A stretch of 63,420 nucleotides of DNA, the filler included, from Octopus bimaculoides (Eukaryota): NCBI RefSeq assembly GCF_001194135.2. It is 7 parts of 6 records of this genome, joined end to end, with 100 filler letters (N's around TTAATTAATTAA, not from the genome) between each part and the next. Parts side by side here need not be neighbours in the genome. Positions count along the whole stretch, not along the records: positions 44,198 to 56,243 come from NC_068999.1; positions 56,344 to 62,095 come from NC_068996.1; positions 62,196 to 63,420 come from NC_069002.1; 4 more parts are not named here. One strand, 5' to 3'. Positions 51,034 through 63,420 of this stretch are shown one piece after another (position 1 is the stretch's first letter; every line of letters starts with the position of its first letter). Made by a program: the position numbers and the translations under genes. The notes under the pieces were generated by a model, which had not been told where the DNA came from, did no database searches, and saw nothing but the letters and a program-made list of their open reading frames with translations.

Positions 51034-53521
51034 TACGACCTGCCTTTTTCAGTTGCCCTCTACCAAGTCCACTCACAAGATATTTGGTTGCCACAAAACT
51101 ATAGTAGAAGACACTCCTCGAAGGTGCCACGCAATAGGACTGAACCAGGAACCTGTAAATATTTGCATTATAATCTTATATGTTTGATGTGTTTGTATAT
51201 ATATTTACACGCATGCATGACTAAACATATGTATATACTTAGATATATTATCATCTCAATGTTATGGAATGTTCCTTCCACTTCGTATCTACAGCTTCAT
51301 ATTTCACTTCTAAAAATTCATCCATTTCTATTCCAGACAATATGTATGTAAAACTGTAGTAGTTCTTGACATTAACGTGGCTACCGCAAATTATTATCCA
51401 ACAGAATCCACTGGAAGTAAGTGGAAATGAGAATGGCTATATTGACATTTTCTCCAACTTTCTGCGTACTCTTCTGTATGAAGAAAAGCCAAATTTACCT
51501 TTATATTTTTCATTCTTTATATTTGTAGTTTGCATGTATGATTTCTGACAATCGCTTATTGTATTTTAATTGTGTGTGTATATTTAGATTAAATGAAATT
51601 ATTGTATAGTGTAGGATGTATAGTAGATGTGTTAAAATGTTAGATTTCCTGGTATAATTCATGGCCTTTTATTCTTCCAGAAGAAAAACACAAAAATATC
51701 ATTTCATTCTAGTACTAAGTCTGAGTAAAGCGACTGCATTTCTTACCAAAAGTATCTGCTATAGCGACATTGGAAAAGAACAAAAAAATAAAGAGAAAGA
51801 CATTTTTATGTTATTTTACAACTAAGAGAGAAGGCAGTGTCCATGAACTGTTGAAGAACTCCTCGGGTCAGTGGGAGGAAGGGAAGAATATATTCTAAAA
51901 TCAGAGACATAATCTATGTGTGTTCAATAGTGTATATACCGCTAAGTCTAACCAATGTACTAGGTGGTACTGATGAAAAACAAGGGGTGTGTTTAATCTA
52001 CCAAATAATATGGCTTTAAAATTTTGGTACATTGCAAGCAATTTCGTGGAGAGCATATGTCGATTCAATCAACTCCCGTGTTCAGCTTGTATTTATTTTA
52101 TCGAGATCGAAACGTTGAAAGGCAAATTCGACCCCTACCACATTTGAAATCAGAAACTAAAGACAGACGAAATGCTGCTGAGCATTTCGTTCGGGGTGCT
52201 TAACGATTATGCCGGCTCACCGCTTTTATTGTGCAAAAAATATTGACCATATGTTCATGAAGTCTACTTGTGAATGTAAACTAACTCACCGATAATACAG
52301 AAGTGACATATCAGAGCTTCGTTACAAACACTCTTGTGTATACTTAATAAGTAGAACACTATAGAAAAGAGAGTAACGAAAAGAAGCGACACAAGCAGAA
52401 GAGTGAAATAAAAAATAAAAGGAAGATACGTGGTGTCCCTCGAAGAAGTTTGTTTCTCTAAGAAAGTACGTAGTTCAGGGAGTTGGGCATTCCAATTCGC
52501 TAGTAGATACTTGTTTGTATAAGGACACATTGTAAAAAGTTCAGTTTTAGAGTCCATAATGCGTACAAGGCTTTTGAATTCCAGGAAATGTTATATGTCA
52601 GCGCTCTCCGATGACTATATCGCGACACCAAATAGTTTATCAGGTTCAGCCTTTGTTGGTTTACAAGAAACAGCCGCTACTTAAAAGCAGAGTATTGCAT
52701 ATCTGCATATCGACATATCAATAGCGGTGAAGTTGCGTACCTAATCAATGAACTTGATATCGAATTTAGAAATATACAGTATTGATTTACATGAACTTAG
52801 AATTGAATTAATGTCAAATATTTCTCAGCTAGAATATTACTGAGAGGCAGTTGTTCCATTTGTCGTAAGTCGGTATTGTTCTTGATTATAATATTGGTTT
52901 CAAACGTTCAACACGAGGACAACAACTGCCGGGGTGTGAGTAAGTCGATTCTATCGACCTCAGTACCTGATCGGGTACTTCGGAGTTGATTAAATGATCA
53001 ACTCCGAAACGATAAATTTCAATGTCGACCTCGGCGGAATCTGTGATTAGACTGTCTTGATTTTAGAATTAATATCCCTAAATATTGAGTGCTGTCTTGC
53101 CCTGTTATGCTTCTAGGCGAATTTTTAAACTTGTATCTGACCTATTTATGTAGTCTGCCTTATGACCATTAAATTCAACGAACACTTTTGCATTTACCAT
53201 GTTACTAAATTTTCAGTCCCTCATATTCGCGTGCGCGCACACGCACACAAGTTTTGCTTGAGTCGTTTGAACGTAAGTGTCTCAAGAGCATAGAATTCCG
53301 TGTCGCCGTTTCCGTAGTACTGTCGCATGAATCTCTAGAGACTTATGCCATTTCTATAGCTTCACAGTTAATAAATAAAAACTTATAACATCATATATAC
53401 GTGTTGGATTATTTCCTCCTCATTTCTGTCGCCGAACATACACGCACACGCACGCACTCTCAGTCTCTCTCTAATTCTCTCTCTCACATACACATACATA
53501 TATACATATTCACACACATGC

Positions 53522-53561
<40 letters not shown>

Positions 53562-54057
53562 GCTTACTTCGTCGCAAACGATTGCACATTATAAATCATT
53601 ATATTGGGGAACAGCTCAATGCTTTCCTGTCTTACGTGAGACTGATTGTAGGAATATTTCATGTGTCTGTGTGTTACCGTTTGCTTGCGTGTCTTCCGAT
53701 TTGGATCGAAGTTTTACAAGTGTGCGATGTCTACTTGTGATATAATTTTATACACATCAGCACGAAAGCTGAAATAATTTCTCATCATTTCTTCCCCACC
53801 GCTTTCCGAATAATGTCTTCATACAAATTATGGTGAGAACGCACGAAGACAATACAAGGAGTTCGAACTATCAAGAGGACTCATCTATGCTCAGCGACAA
53901 AATTGTATATAAAAACATCTAGCAACAGCCTTCTTCATAGAATTACACATACGCAAATTCATGCACAGTTCACATACACATTGATATTAATACACACACT
54001 CACAGACACACACAGACGTGCACATATAGGCAAACACAAACGCACAGTTGCACACAC

Positions 54058-54112
<55 letters not shown>

Positions 54113-54800
54113 GATATATATANNNNNNNNNNNNNNNNNNNNNNNNNNNNNNNNNNNNNNNNNNNNNNNNNNNNNNNNNNNNNNNNNNNNNNNNNNNNNN
54201 NNNNNNNNNNNNNNNNNNNNNNNNNNNNNNNNNNNNNNNNNNNNNNNNNNNNNNNNNNNNNNNNNNNNNNNNNNNNNNNNNNNNNNNNNNNNNNNNNNNN
54301 NNNNNNNNNNNNNNNNNNNNNNNNNNNNNNNNNNNNNNNNNNNNNNNNNNNNNNNNNNNNNNNNNNNNNNNNNNNNNNNNNNNNNNNNNNNNNNNNNNNN
54401 NNNNNNNNNNNNNNNNNNNNNNNNNNNNNNNNNNNNNNNNNNNNNNNNNNNNNNNNNNNNNNNNNNNNNNNNNNNNNNNNNNNNNNNNNNNNNNNNNNNN
54501 NNNNNNNNNNNNNNNNNNNNNNNNNNNNNNNNNNNNNNNNNNNNNNNNNNNNNNNNNNNNNNNNNNNNNNNNNNNNNNNNNNNNNNNNNNNNNNNNNNNN
54601 NNNNNNNNNNNNNNNNNNNNNNNNNNNNNNNNNNNNNNNNNNNNNNNNNNNNNNNNNNNNNNNNNNNNNATGTTTTGAGCTTACACACCTCAACAGAAAG
54701 GAATAAGAGGGGGAAAATGGATAGAGAATGAAAAACTGTGAGTTCAACGGACCAACGTGACGAGACGAGTAGAAAAAATAGGCTCGATGAAAGGGAAATG

Positions 54801-54977
<177 letters not shown>

Positions 54978-55124
54978 GTAACGGTAACACCCAACGAATT
55001 AAAGTGCGCAAGCATGCGTTTGTATGTGGGGAATGGCGGCGAATGACGCACGAGTGATAGCACCATTTGAAATTGAGAAGACAAAACACTGAAGACGAGT
55101 AGAAAACTGGTTCATCGTTGTCTA

Positions 55125-55168
55125 TAATAAACTGATGACGAAAACATGTCGGAAATTCGTCTAGTTAT
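55125..55168 (+). ncRNA. Degenerate minimal hammerhead-like motif
   Basis: CUGAUGA 55132-38, cga/ucg stem II, GAAA 55152-55, GUC 55159-61; stem I is poorly paired. Confidence 0.45.
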
Positions 55169-56210
55169 CCGCAAAAATTGTGCGTAGATTTTCCGATTCC
55201 GGTAGATTTTAATATTCGTGTCTCAGGATTTTAAAAGTGAAAATGACTAAATAAGAACAGGATATGAAAAAGTCTCAGTATGAATGCTCATGAAATCTGT
55301 CTGAAAAAAATGTTCTCACGATTGGTCGAAGTACTCAGATGTGACGATAGGTGGGGGTCAAAATCGTTATGTTTACAACACGGGATGCTGAGGATGGCTA
55401 TTCTTTATTTGAAAGGTGTCGTTTTTATACTGAGTTGGTTCAACCTAATCGGTCATAAATGTTATTTACTGGGTTTCACGAGGATTTTGTTATATGCAAA
55501 TTAAAGGAAGAGTTTTGAAATATGGACAGACTTCGATAACGTGATTGGACGACAATGCATCCCATCAGGCATTACAGGTCCTGATACATATCAGTATTTA
55601 AATTGGTCGTATTTAGACAAAGAAAAACTACATCTAATTTCGGGACAAGAACAACAGACAGCATCACCGAACGAATTACAGACGCATTTTGCAATGAGAA
55701 TTATTGGAAGTATTGCATCTACAGGGAGGGAAACTGTTTTAAAGGAGAAAGAGTCTACAACTAAATCAATAAATTTGCTTTTTTAAAAAAATCGTTCTTA
55801 TTAGAATAAAAACTAAATTTGTTGTGTTTTTGTATGTGTGTATACGTGCATATATACATATAATCATAAGTGCATACACACAATCACATATATATACACA
55901 CAGGTATTTCTTTTTTTACACACACACACACACATACACGCACACACATACACACACACACACATACATATATATCAGCATATAGATGCGTACATACATG
56001 AATACATAAATACACACACTGGCATATATGTCTATGTGTGTGTATATATATATATACATAATTGTATATATGTGTATACACATATACATGTACTCACACA
56101 CACACACATATATAAGCATATAGATGCATACATACATAAATGCACACGCTCGGATATATATGTATATGTCTGTCTATATGTGTGTAAATATATATATATA
56201 TATATATATG

Positions 56211-56243
<33 letters not shown>

Positions 56244-56852
56244 NNNNNNNNNNNNNNNNNNNNNNNNNNNNNNNNNNNNNNNNNNNNTTAATTAATTAAN
56301 NNNNNNNNNNNNNNNNNNNNNNNNNNNNNNNNNNNNNNNNNNNTATATAGGCAGTTCTCCAGCATGGCCACAGTCAAATGACTGAAACAAGTAAAAGAAT
56401 ATATTTATAAGTATATATATATATATATATATATATACACGCTATCTCCCTCTCACTAGCTCTAATTCTATTCTCTTACAACATCATTCTATCTCTCTCT
56501 GTAATTACTACTAAACAATGACAAGAACACAAACACGAACTATGCAAGGAAAATCTACATCTATCTTTACTACGCATTCTTTATGATTTTCCTCACCTGC
56601 CCATTGAGGCAAGGTATTTTATAATGTAACAGTAAAATAAATATTTCCTTAAAACTTCATGCATTGTTCATCTTTCACATCTTACAACATGCCGTCACAA
56701 TTAAATTTTACATATACATATACATTTGCATGCTTCCTATAGCAGTAAGAGTATTTAACTCTTATTTCTAGCAATGCAGATGTCTTGGCACCCTTAGTCA
56801 CATTTAATGATGGTTAAATTTTTCCTTTATGGTATCACATTGTGCTCTATAT

Positions 56853-57140
56853 AAAAAGCACCATCCAAACATGGTCGATGCCAGTGTCCCCTCACTGGTT
56901 CTCATGCTGGTGGCACGTAAAAGATCCTTTTGAACATGGTTGATGCCAGTACTGGGTCCCATGTCGGTGGCACATAAAAAGCATCCCCTGCACTGTTGGA
57001 GTGGTTGGCGTTAGGAAGGGCATCGAGCTGTAGAAACCTTGCCAGATGAGATAGGAGCTTGGTGCAACCTCCTGGCTTGCCAGTCCTCAGTTGAACTGAC
57101 CAACCCATGGAAAACAGACGTTAAACGACGATGATGATGA
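56853..57140 (+). mobile_element. RTE-type 3' end repeat with (GAT)n tail (also 58773-58922 and 61833-62064)
   Basis: gttaggaagggcatc..gctgtagaaac...ccaacccat...gacgttaaacgacgatgatgat. Confidence 0.8.
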
Positions 57141-57161
57141 TATATGTATGTATATATATAT

Positions 57162-57694
57162 CGGAGTGGCTGTGTGATAAGTAGCTTGCTTACCAACCAC
57201 ATGGTTCTGGGTTCAGTCCCACTGTGTGGCAACTTGGGCAAGTGTCTTCTATTATAGCTTCAGGTTGACCAAAGCCTTGTGAGTGGATTTGGTAGATGGA
57301 AACTGGAAGAAGCCCATCGTATATATGTATATATATATCGGAGTGGCTGTGTGNNNNNNNNNNNNNNNNNNNNNNNNNNNNNNNNNNNNNNNNNNNNNNN
57401 NNNNNNNNNNNNNNNNNNNNNNNNNNNNNNNNNNNNNNNNNNNNNNNNNNNNNNNNNNNNNNNNNNNNNNNNNNNTATGTATGTGTGTGTATATGTTTGT
57501 GTGTCTGTTTGTCCCTCCAACTTCGCTTGACAACCGATGCTGGTGTGTTTATGTCCCCGTAAGCTAGCGGTTCGGCAAAAGAGACCGATAGAATAAGTAC
57601 TAGGCTTACAAAGAATAAGTCCTGGGGTTGATTTGCTCAACTAAAGGCAGTGCTCCAGCATGGCTGCAGTCAAATGACTGAAACAAGTAAAGGA
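57162..57694 (+). mobile_element. Family B SINE (CORE-like, possibly octopus OR2), gap inside
   Basis: tRNA-like head ggctgtgtg...gggttcagtccc, then cttgggcaagtgtcttct, a TG spacer and tail ...gcagtcaaatgactgaaacaagtaaa. The family name is from memory. Confidence 0.8.
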
Positions 57695-57695
57695 G

Positions 57696-57726
<31 letters not shown>

Positions 57727-58227
57727 TGTTTGTATGTATGTAATGTTTGTATGTATATAGATGTCTGTGCCTGCTGTCTTTTTATTTTATTTGTCTCAAG
57801 AGTAAGTGTATTTAGTGCTACATTACAGAGAGATGGTTTAGATGGTCTTGAGAGATATTTGGCAGTTGTTATTTATAGCAGGCTCTTCAATGCCATGTAG
57901 TATCTTTCATTGCTTTAGTTGTTCTGGTTACGATTGTTTAAATCCAAGTCAACCCTGATTAAGCAAACCTAATCTTTTTTCCTTCAAGAAAAGCATACAC
58001 AGGGATTATATGACCGTAATGTCTTTTCCTTTCTATTTTTTGTTTTTGTTTTTTGTTTAATTGGTGCAGTATGCTTTGAGTGAGATTTAGCTGCTATTAC
58101 TTGCAGATAAAGGTATTGTGAGTAACACTGTACAGAATGCTGTCTGGAAAGCTACTACTGACGTTTTATGGGAATATATTTTGTGCACAGGTGGTGTTGT
58201 TCACTTGATCAGTTATTTATTGTGTCC

Positions 58228-58260
<33 letters not shown>

Positions 58261-58676
58261 TGTGCTTATAGATCCAGTGTCAGCCTGGTACATTCTAAAC
58301 TTCCTGTTTGACACCCATAGCATGGGCTTGCCCTTGTGTCTCTATATTTTCAATGACAGAGTGTGGAAGTCACTGCCCAAGTGTTCATGTTATCAAAGCA
58401 ATCTTTATCAGAAGTATCCTACAAATTGTACTGAAGCTGTTTTCAAGCTTTGTGTCTTATCTTTTAGTCGTGACAGTCTTTGGGTTACGACCATGCTGGG
58501 GGGTACCATCTTGAAACAAATTGGCTCCTGTACTTATTTTAAAAATAAAACCTGGTATTTATTCTATCCTTCTTCCCCACCTCTCTCTTGCCAAACTGCT
58601 AAGTTACAAGGACACAAACATACCAGACCTGGTTTGCAAGCTGTGGGGGACAAACACAAGCATAATGATGTACAAA

Positions 58677-58743
<67 letters not shown>

Positions 58744-59256
58744 ACTGGCTTTTAGTTTCCATCTATCAAATCCACTGCACTGTTGGAGTGGTTGGCATTA
58801 GGAAGGGCATCCAGCAGTAGAAACCTTGCCAGATCAGATAGGAGCTTGGTGCAGCCTCTAGGCTTGCCAATCCTCAGTCAAACTAACCAACCCATGCCAG
58901 CAAGGAAAGCAGACATTAAATGTTAACCTGATGCTATAGTAGAAAACACTTGTCCAAGGTGCCATGCTGTGGAACTGAATCTGGAACCATGTGGTTGGGA
59001 TGCAAGCATCTTACCACACAGCCAGACCTGTGCCTGCTGGTTATGAAGTTTGCTTCAAAATCACAAGGACCCCGAGATTGATCTTACCCTGTGGCATCTT
59101 GGGAAATGTGTCCTTTCTTTTTCTGTTATTACTAATCAACACAAGCCATGTGAGTAAAATTGGGCTGATGGAAAATGTGAGGAAGCCTCCTGGAAAAATT
59201 GTGCCTTTATGACAAAGCTAAATCCATTAACTTACTTTACTGTCTGTCTCTCATTA

Positions 59257-59578
59257 GCACTGTTGGTTACAACGACGTGGGTTCCAGTTGATTTGATCAA
59301 TGGAACAGCCTGCTCATGAAATTAACATGCAAATGGATGAGTACTCCACAGATACATGTACTTGTAATATAGTTCTCAGGGAGATTCAGCAAGACACAGA
59401 ATATGACAAGGCCAGCCCTTTGAATTACAGGTATAACTCATTTTTGTTAGCTGAGTGGAGACTGAAGCAATGTGAAATTAAGTGTCTTGCTCAAGGATAT
59501 AACGTGCTGCCAAGAACTGAAATCATAACTTTGCAATTGTCAGCTGAATACCCAAACCACTGAGCCATGTACCTCCAC
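59257..59578 (-). mobile_element. SINE of the same structure as 22530-22851
   Basis: Same H2 head and family C tail, more diverged. Confidence 0.75.
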
Positions 59579-59952
59579 ACTAAGTCATATAATTGTTGAG
59601 TAAAGAAGTAGTCAATTTAATTGTATCTATCTTAAATTATGATGGAATTTACTCCACTCGTCTTGTTCGGAGAGAGAGATAGAAAATAAGAAAGAAGTAG
59701 AGAGCAAGAGCAAAAGAAAGAGAGGAAACAGACACAGACATAGGCACATGAACACAAGCAGAGGCGTTAAGGTTGACTCTTGAGAGATTTGAACCTCTGA
59801 ATGCAAAAGGATAAAGATAGATTGTAGATGTCAACTGTTTGATGTATCCATCTACATGCCTGGAGGGTCATTGCCTCTGATCGGGTGCTCTGCAAGTCTT
59901 GATACTTATTTTTACCAGATGTGTTGGGTAGAGCAGCATGGAGTAGACTAAA

Positions 59953-60167
59953 GGCAGTGAGCTGTCAGAAACTTTAGCATGCCGGCCAAAATGCTTAGTG
60001 GTATTTCGTCTGTCTTTACATCCTGGGTTCAAATTCCACCGAGGTCAACTTTGCCTGTCATCCTTTCGGGGTTGATAAAATAAGTACCAGTTGCGTACTG
60101 GGTTGATCTAATCGACTGGTCCCCACTCCCTAAAAATTTCAGGCCTTGTACCTAGAGTAGAAAAGAA
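59953..60167 (+). mobile_element. Family A SINE (further decayed copies near 14225-14375, 30847-30910, 32870-33010, 42940-43087, 52010-52226, 52900-53040, 62470-62675)
   Basis: Shared ttcaaattcc...gaggtcaactttgcc...gataaaataagtaccag core. Confidence 0.85.
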
Positions 60168-60561
60168 CATGGAGTAAACTAGCTTCTAAAGCCATGAATT
60201 GATCCCTTGAGCTCGTGATCAGGAATCCAGTTGACTAAACACTAAGCCATAAGCCTTCTCTAAACTCTGAATTTAGAATTGAATATATATAACTTAGCAG
60301 GATGGACCCCTTTACTCCTAATTATGTCAGAGAAAAAGAAAGCATGCAAGACATTAATTGAGATTCAACGATACTGCAAAAAGAAATATGAAGTGGAAAG
60401 CTATTGATCACAATGAATGGCAAACTTGAACAGTAAACTGACCAGTATGGAGAAAGCTTATCAAGACATGCCAAAGCCATGAGCAATCATAGCTGTGATG
60501 ACTGACTGCAAAAAAGAAAAAAATGTGTGTGTGTGTGTGTGTATCTAGTTTATATAATATT

Positions 60562-61414
60562 CAGAGTGCGGTGGATAAACTGTTGTCTAATTTACGCAAA
60601 AATGAAAATAACACCGACATCTCATTTTTAACAAGTATACTTACCAAAATTACATAACAATGTTTTGAAATACTAAGAGTAAATTTATTCAATGAAATCA
60701 CTATTGGCTTCAATCACGGTCTCCAGACGACTTCAGAATCTCTTGCAACTCCTCTGGACGGACTTCTTATTTAGGTTGGTCAATGCTGCCATAATCCTTA
60801 ACTTCAATTTATCTTTGTTGTTACAAGGAGTTCTCTTGGTCTCTCGCTCAACTGTGCTCCACACAATAATCAAGAGGGTTGCAGTCTGGGAATTTAGTTG
60901 GCCAAATGTTAGGGGTGATGTGGTCACAGAAATTGTCTAACAGCCATGACTGGGTTCTCCTGTTTCTGTGGCATGGTGCAGAGTCCTGTTGCTAGACATA
61001 GGGTCTACCATCAGTCACCCTCTTGACCCAAGGCAGAACTACGTCGTCCAGGCACTTGATGTAGGCATCTATGTTGAGTCTGAAGCCATGTAGGAAGATG
61101 AATGGAGACATGATGTTGACTGGATGCTTGATTTTTATCATTCTCAGTACATGTCCTCAGATTGCACTCTCCTCAGATTGACGCTCAAACACCCTGAAAT
61201 GTTCGTACTGGAGCTTCCAGCATGAATGCCAAGCAGTACAGCATTTCCAAATTTCTAAATTTCTGGCAGAGTGAATTGTGTCATGGTGCTATTTTTCTCA
61301 CAGATGGTGCCTGACTGACCCTACTATATTGTGTAGTCAACAAAATCAAAAACAAACAATGGGCATGTATGAAATTAAAAGTATAAAATGGTGACAATTT
61401 ACCCATCACACCCA
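60562..61414 (-). mobile_element. Second maT (DD37D) relic, about 850 bp, both ITRs present
   Basis: QQDSAPCH...FPDCNPLDY gives exactly 37 residues between the 2nd and 3rd Asp; degenerate CAG(G/A)GTGCG...TAAA ITRs; same family as 5550-6228. Confidence 0.9.
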
Positions 61415-62924
61415 TACCACGTATATAAATATATGTATATTATATATGGCATATATAATATATATATATATATATATANNNNNNNNNNNNNNNNNNNNNN
61501 NNNNNNNNNNNNNNNNNNNNNNNNNNNNNNNNNNNNATATATATCATAAATATATACATATAAATATATGTATATATATGTATGTATATATATGTATACA
61601 TATCTATATCTATATGTATTTATCATTTGTAAAAGATATAAATCCAAAAGAAGAAGCACACTCTAAGATGTAGAGTAGTATGTATTAACAATATGGAAGG
61701 CTGGTTTATGGGATCCCTTTAGGTTTCCTGTAGCTTTATGGTGTATCGTTATATCCCCAAACCCTTTATGGGTGGAAAACCTAAGGTAATCTCATAAACC
61801 GGCCTTCCCCATCTATATCTCCATATATATAAAAAATGCACCATTCGAGCATGGCCAGTGCTAGTGCCACCTGCTGTGCTGGTGGCACGTAAAAAGTACC
61901 TGCCACACTCTTGGAGTAGTTGGTGTTAGGAAGGGCATCCAGCTGTAGAAACTCTGCCAGATCACTGGAGAAACCTCCTGGCTTGCCAGTACTCAGTTGA
62001 ACCGTCCAACCCATACCAGCATGGAAAACAGACATTAAATGACGACAACGATGATGATGATGATATATACATACATACATACATACATACATATANNNNN
62101 NNNNNNNNNNNNNNNNNNNNNNNNNNNNNNNNNNNNNNNTTAATTAATTAANNNNNNNNNNNNNNNNNNNNNNNNNNNNNNNNNNNNNNNNNNNNATATA
62201 TATTTATATATTTATTTATTGTGATACAGAATTGGAAAGGATATTCTTTTGATTTTCAGTGGAATTTGTTCCATCATTTTCCTTTTGTACTTGACTTATG
62301 AGAAACAAATCACATATGGACTCAATAATCTGCATGATAATTCGTCTCAGTCATGGCGAAACTTTCAGAATAATTCAACGAAGGTTAACAGTGGTTTAGA
62401 TGCTACTACAGATGTTTCTAGGAAAGGGAAAACGTGGGACGAAAAGCGAAGACTAAAATATTTTAGCTTCCAATTTTGACACAAGGAGAACAGTTTCGTG
62501 AAGTGCTTAGTTAATTTATCGACGCAGTGCTCAACTAGTACTCACTTTTATCGACTATGAATTAATGAAAGGCAAAGTCGACCTCGGTGGAATTTGAACT
62601 TAGAACATAAAGACGGACGACATACAGCAAAACATTTTGCCTGGAGTTCTACCGATTCTGCCATCTCACGGCGTTAGTGAAGAGTAAAATACATTAATAG
62701 CTCACAGCGTTACGGATTTTCCCAAATTCTTTCCTTCTGTGTTAATCTTCTCATTAAGTTGGTCATATATCCCTCGGGATATCCCACTCGATCCAAAGTC
62801 AACCGTCACTAGAATCAAATATTTAAAAATGATGTCTTTAAATATGTCAACCGAGTTTGTAAATTACTTTATCAGGCAATCAACTTAATTAAAAGAAAAC
62901 TCACAAAGCACATCNNNNNNNNNN

Positions 62925-62966
<42 letters not shown>

Positions 62967-63420
62967 CAGGCGTACACATGTGGTAAGTCTTGTAAGTGTA
63001 ATATAAGATTTAATAACAGCGAGTAAGTGGCTGTTTTAGAAGTATTTGCTTATCCTTAGCCGTGTTTTCCTTCCGAATCCAAATAAGAACATACCATTAG
63101 ACTACTTTATTGCTTCTATTTCTCTATCACGAAATGATTAATTCGATATTTAAATTCTAGGTCATATATCTCTTGATAGTTAAATGATATCATTTTCGAA
63201 ATTCTTAAACCAGTTATTATTTTGTGGAATTTATTTAAAGGATATGATTTCGTTGTGATTCTCAATCTGCACACAAATAAGCCATCAAAATTTAAATTTT
63301 TCCCTCAATAAGTGAAAGTTATGTCGATACCAACTTGTCCAAATCATCAAAGCTGCCATAGGGCTTAATCCGATTTTTTATGCAATTTCTAAAAAAACTT
63401 TTTTCTAATCTTTACTTATT

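Noticed and set aside
51361-51417. Plus-strand exon candidate VLDINVATANYYPTESTG
   Set aside because: Good donor but purine-rich acceptor and no partner exons.
52290-52358. 69-nt minus-strand exon candidate with strong AG/GTGAGT signals
   Set aside because: Peptide does not resemble the expected N-terminus of the 4.9-9.2 kb gene; splice signals alone are not enough.
57337-57353. Tandem SINE dimer suggested by a repeated head just before the gap
   Set aside because: Cannot be told apart from an overlap or mis-join at the gap edge.
62700-62815. Minus-strand peptide SGISRGIYDQLNEK as the missing upstream exon
   Set aside because: Only vague similarity, weak donor, and the phase and expected terminal motif do not fit.

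Overview
AT-rich, gap-ridden, microsatellite-dense animal genomic DNA. The repeat families (tRNA-headed SINEs, RTE LINEs with (GAT)n tails, mariner/maT relics) point to an octopus, probably the Octopus bimaculoides draft; this is an inference from remembered repeat families. Almost every ORF in the supplied track is an artefact of N-gaps or simple repeats. The track misses a real spliced gene on the minus strand: three phase-compatible exons (9231-9068, 7013-6853, 4991-4942) encode the C-terminal 124 aa of an uncharacterised invertebrate domain (...VFNGRNTNLRNWFS...SPWSDL...GCEADKGW...ADSMAIFI). Its 5' exons were not found and may lie in gaps. The rest is a stack of mobile elements: a full-length dead mariner whose transposase carries a 24-aa in-frame insertion, DD37D maT relics, several MITEs and foldbacks, RTE/Gypsy/CR1-like fragments and modular SINE families, some with clean TSDs. 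The most interesting signal is a set of hammerhead-ribozyme motifs in Penelope-like elements. One 1.1-kb element has a decayed GIY-YIG endonuclease and outward-facing inverted pseudo-LTRs. Two related hammerheads show compensatory stem I base changes, and a second family carries a minimal hammerhead with a palindromic stem III. Coordinates were counted by eye; edges of decayed repeats are approximate. No database searches were run.
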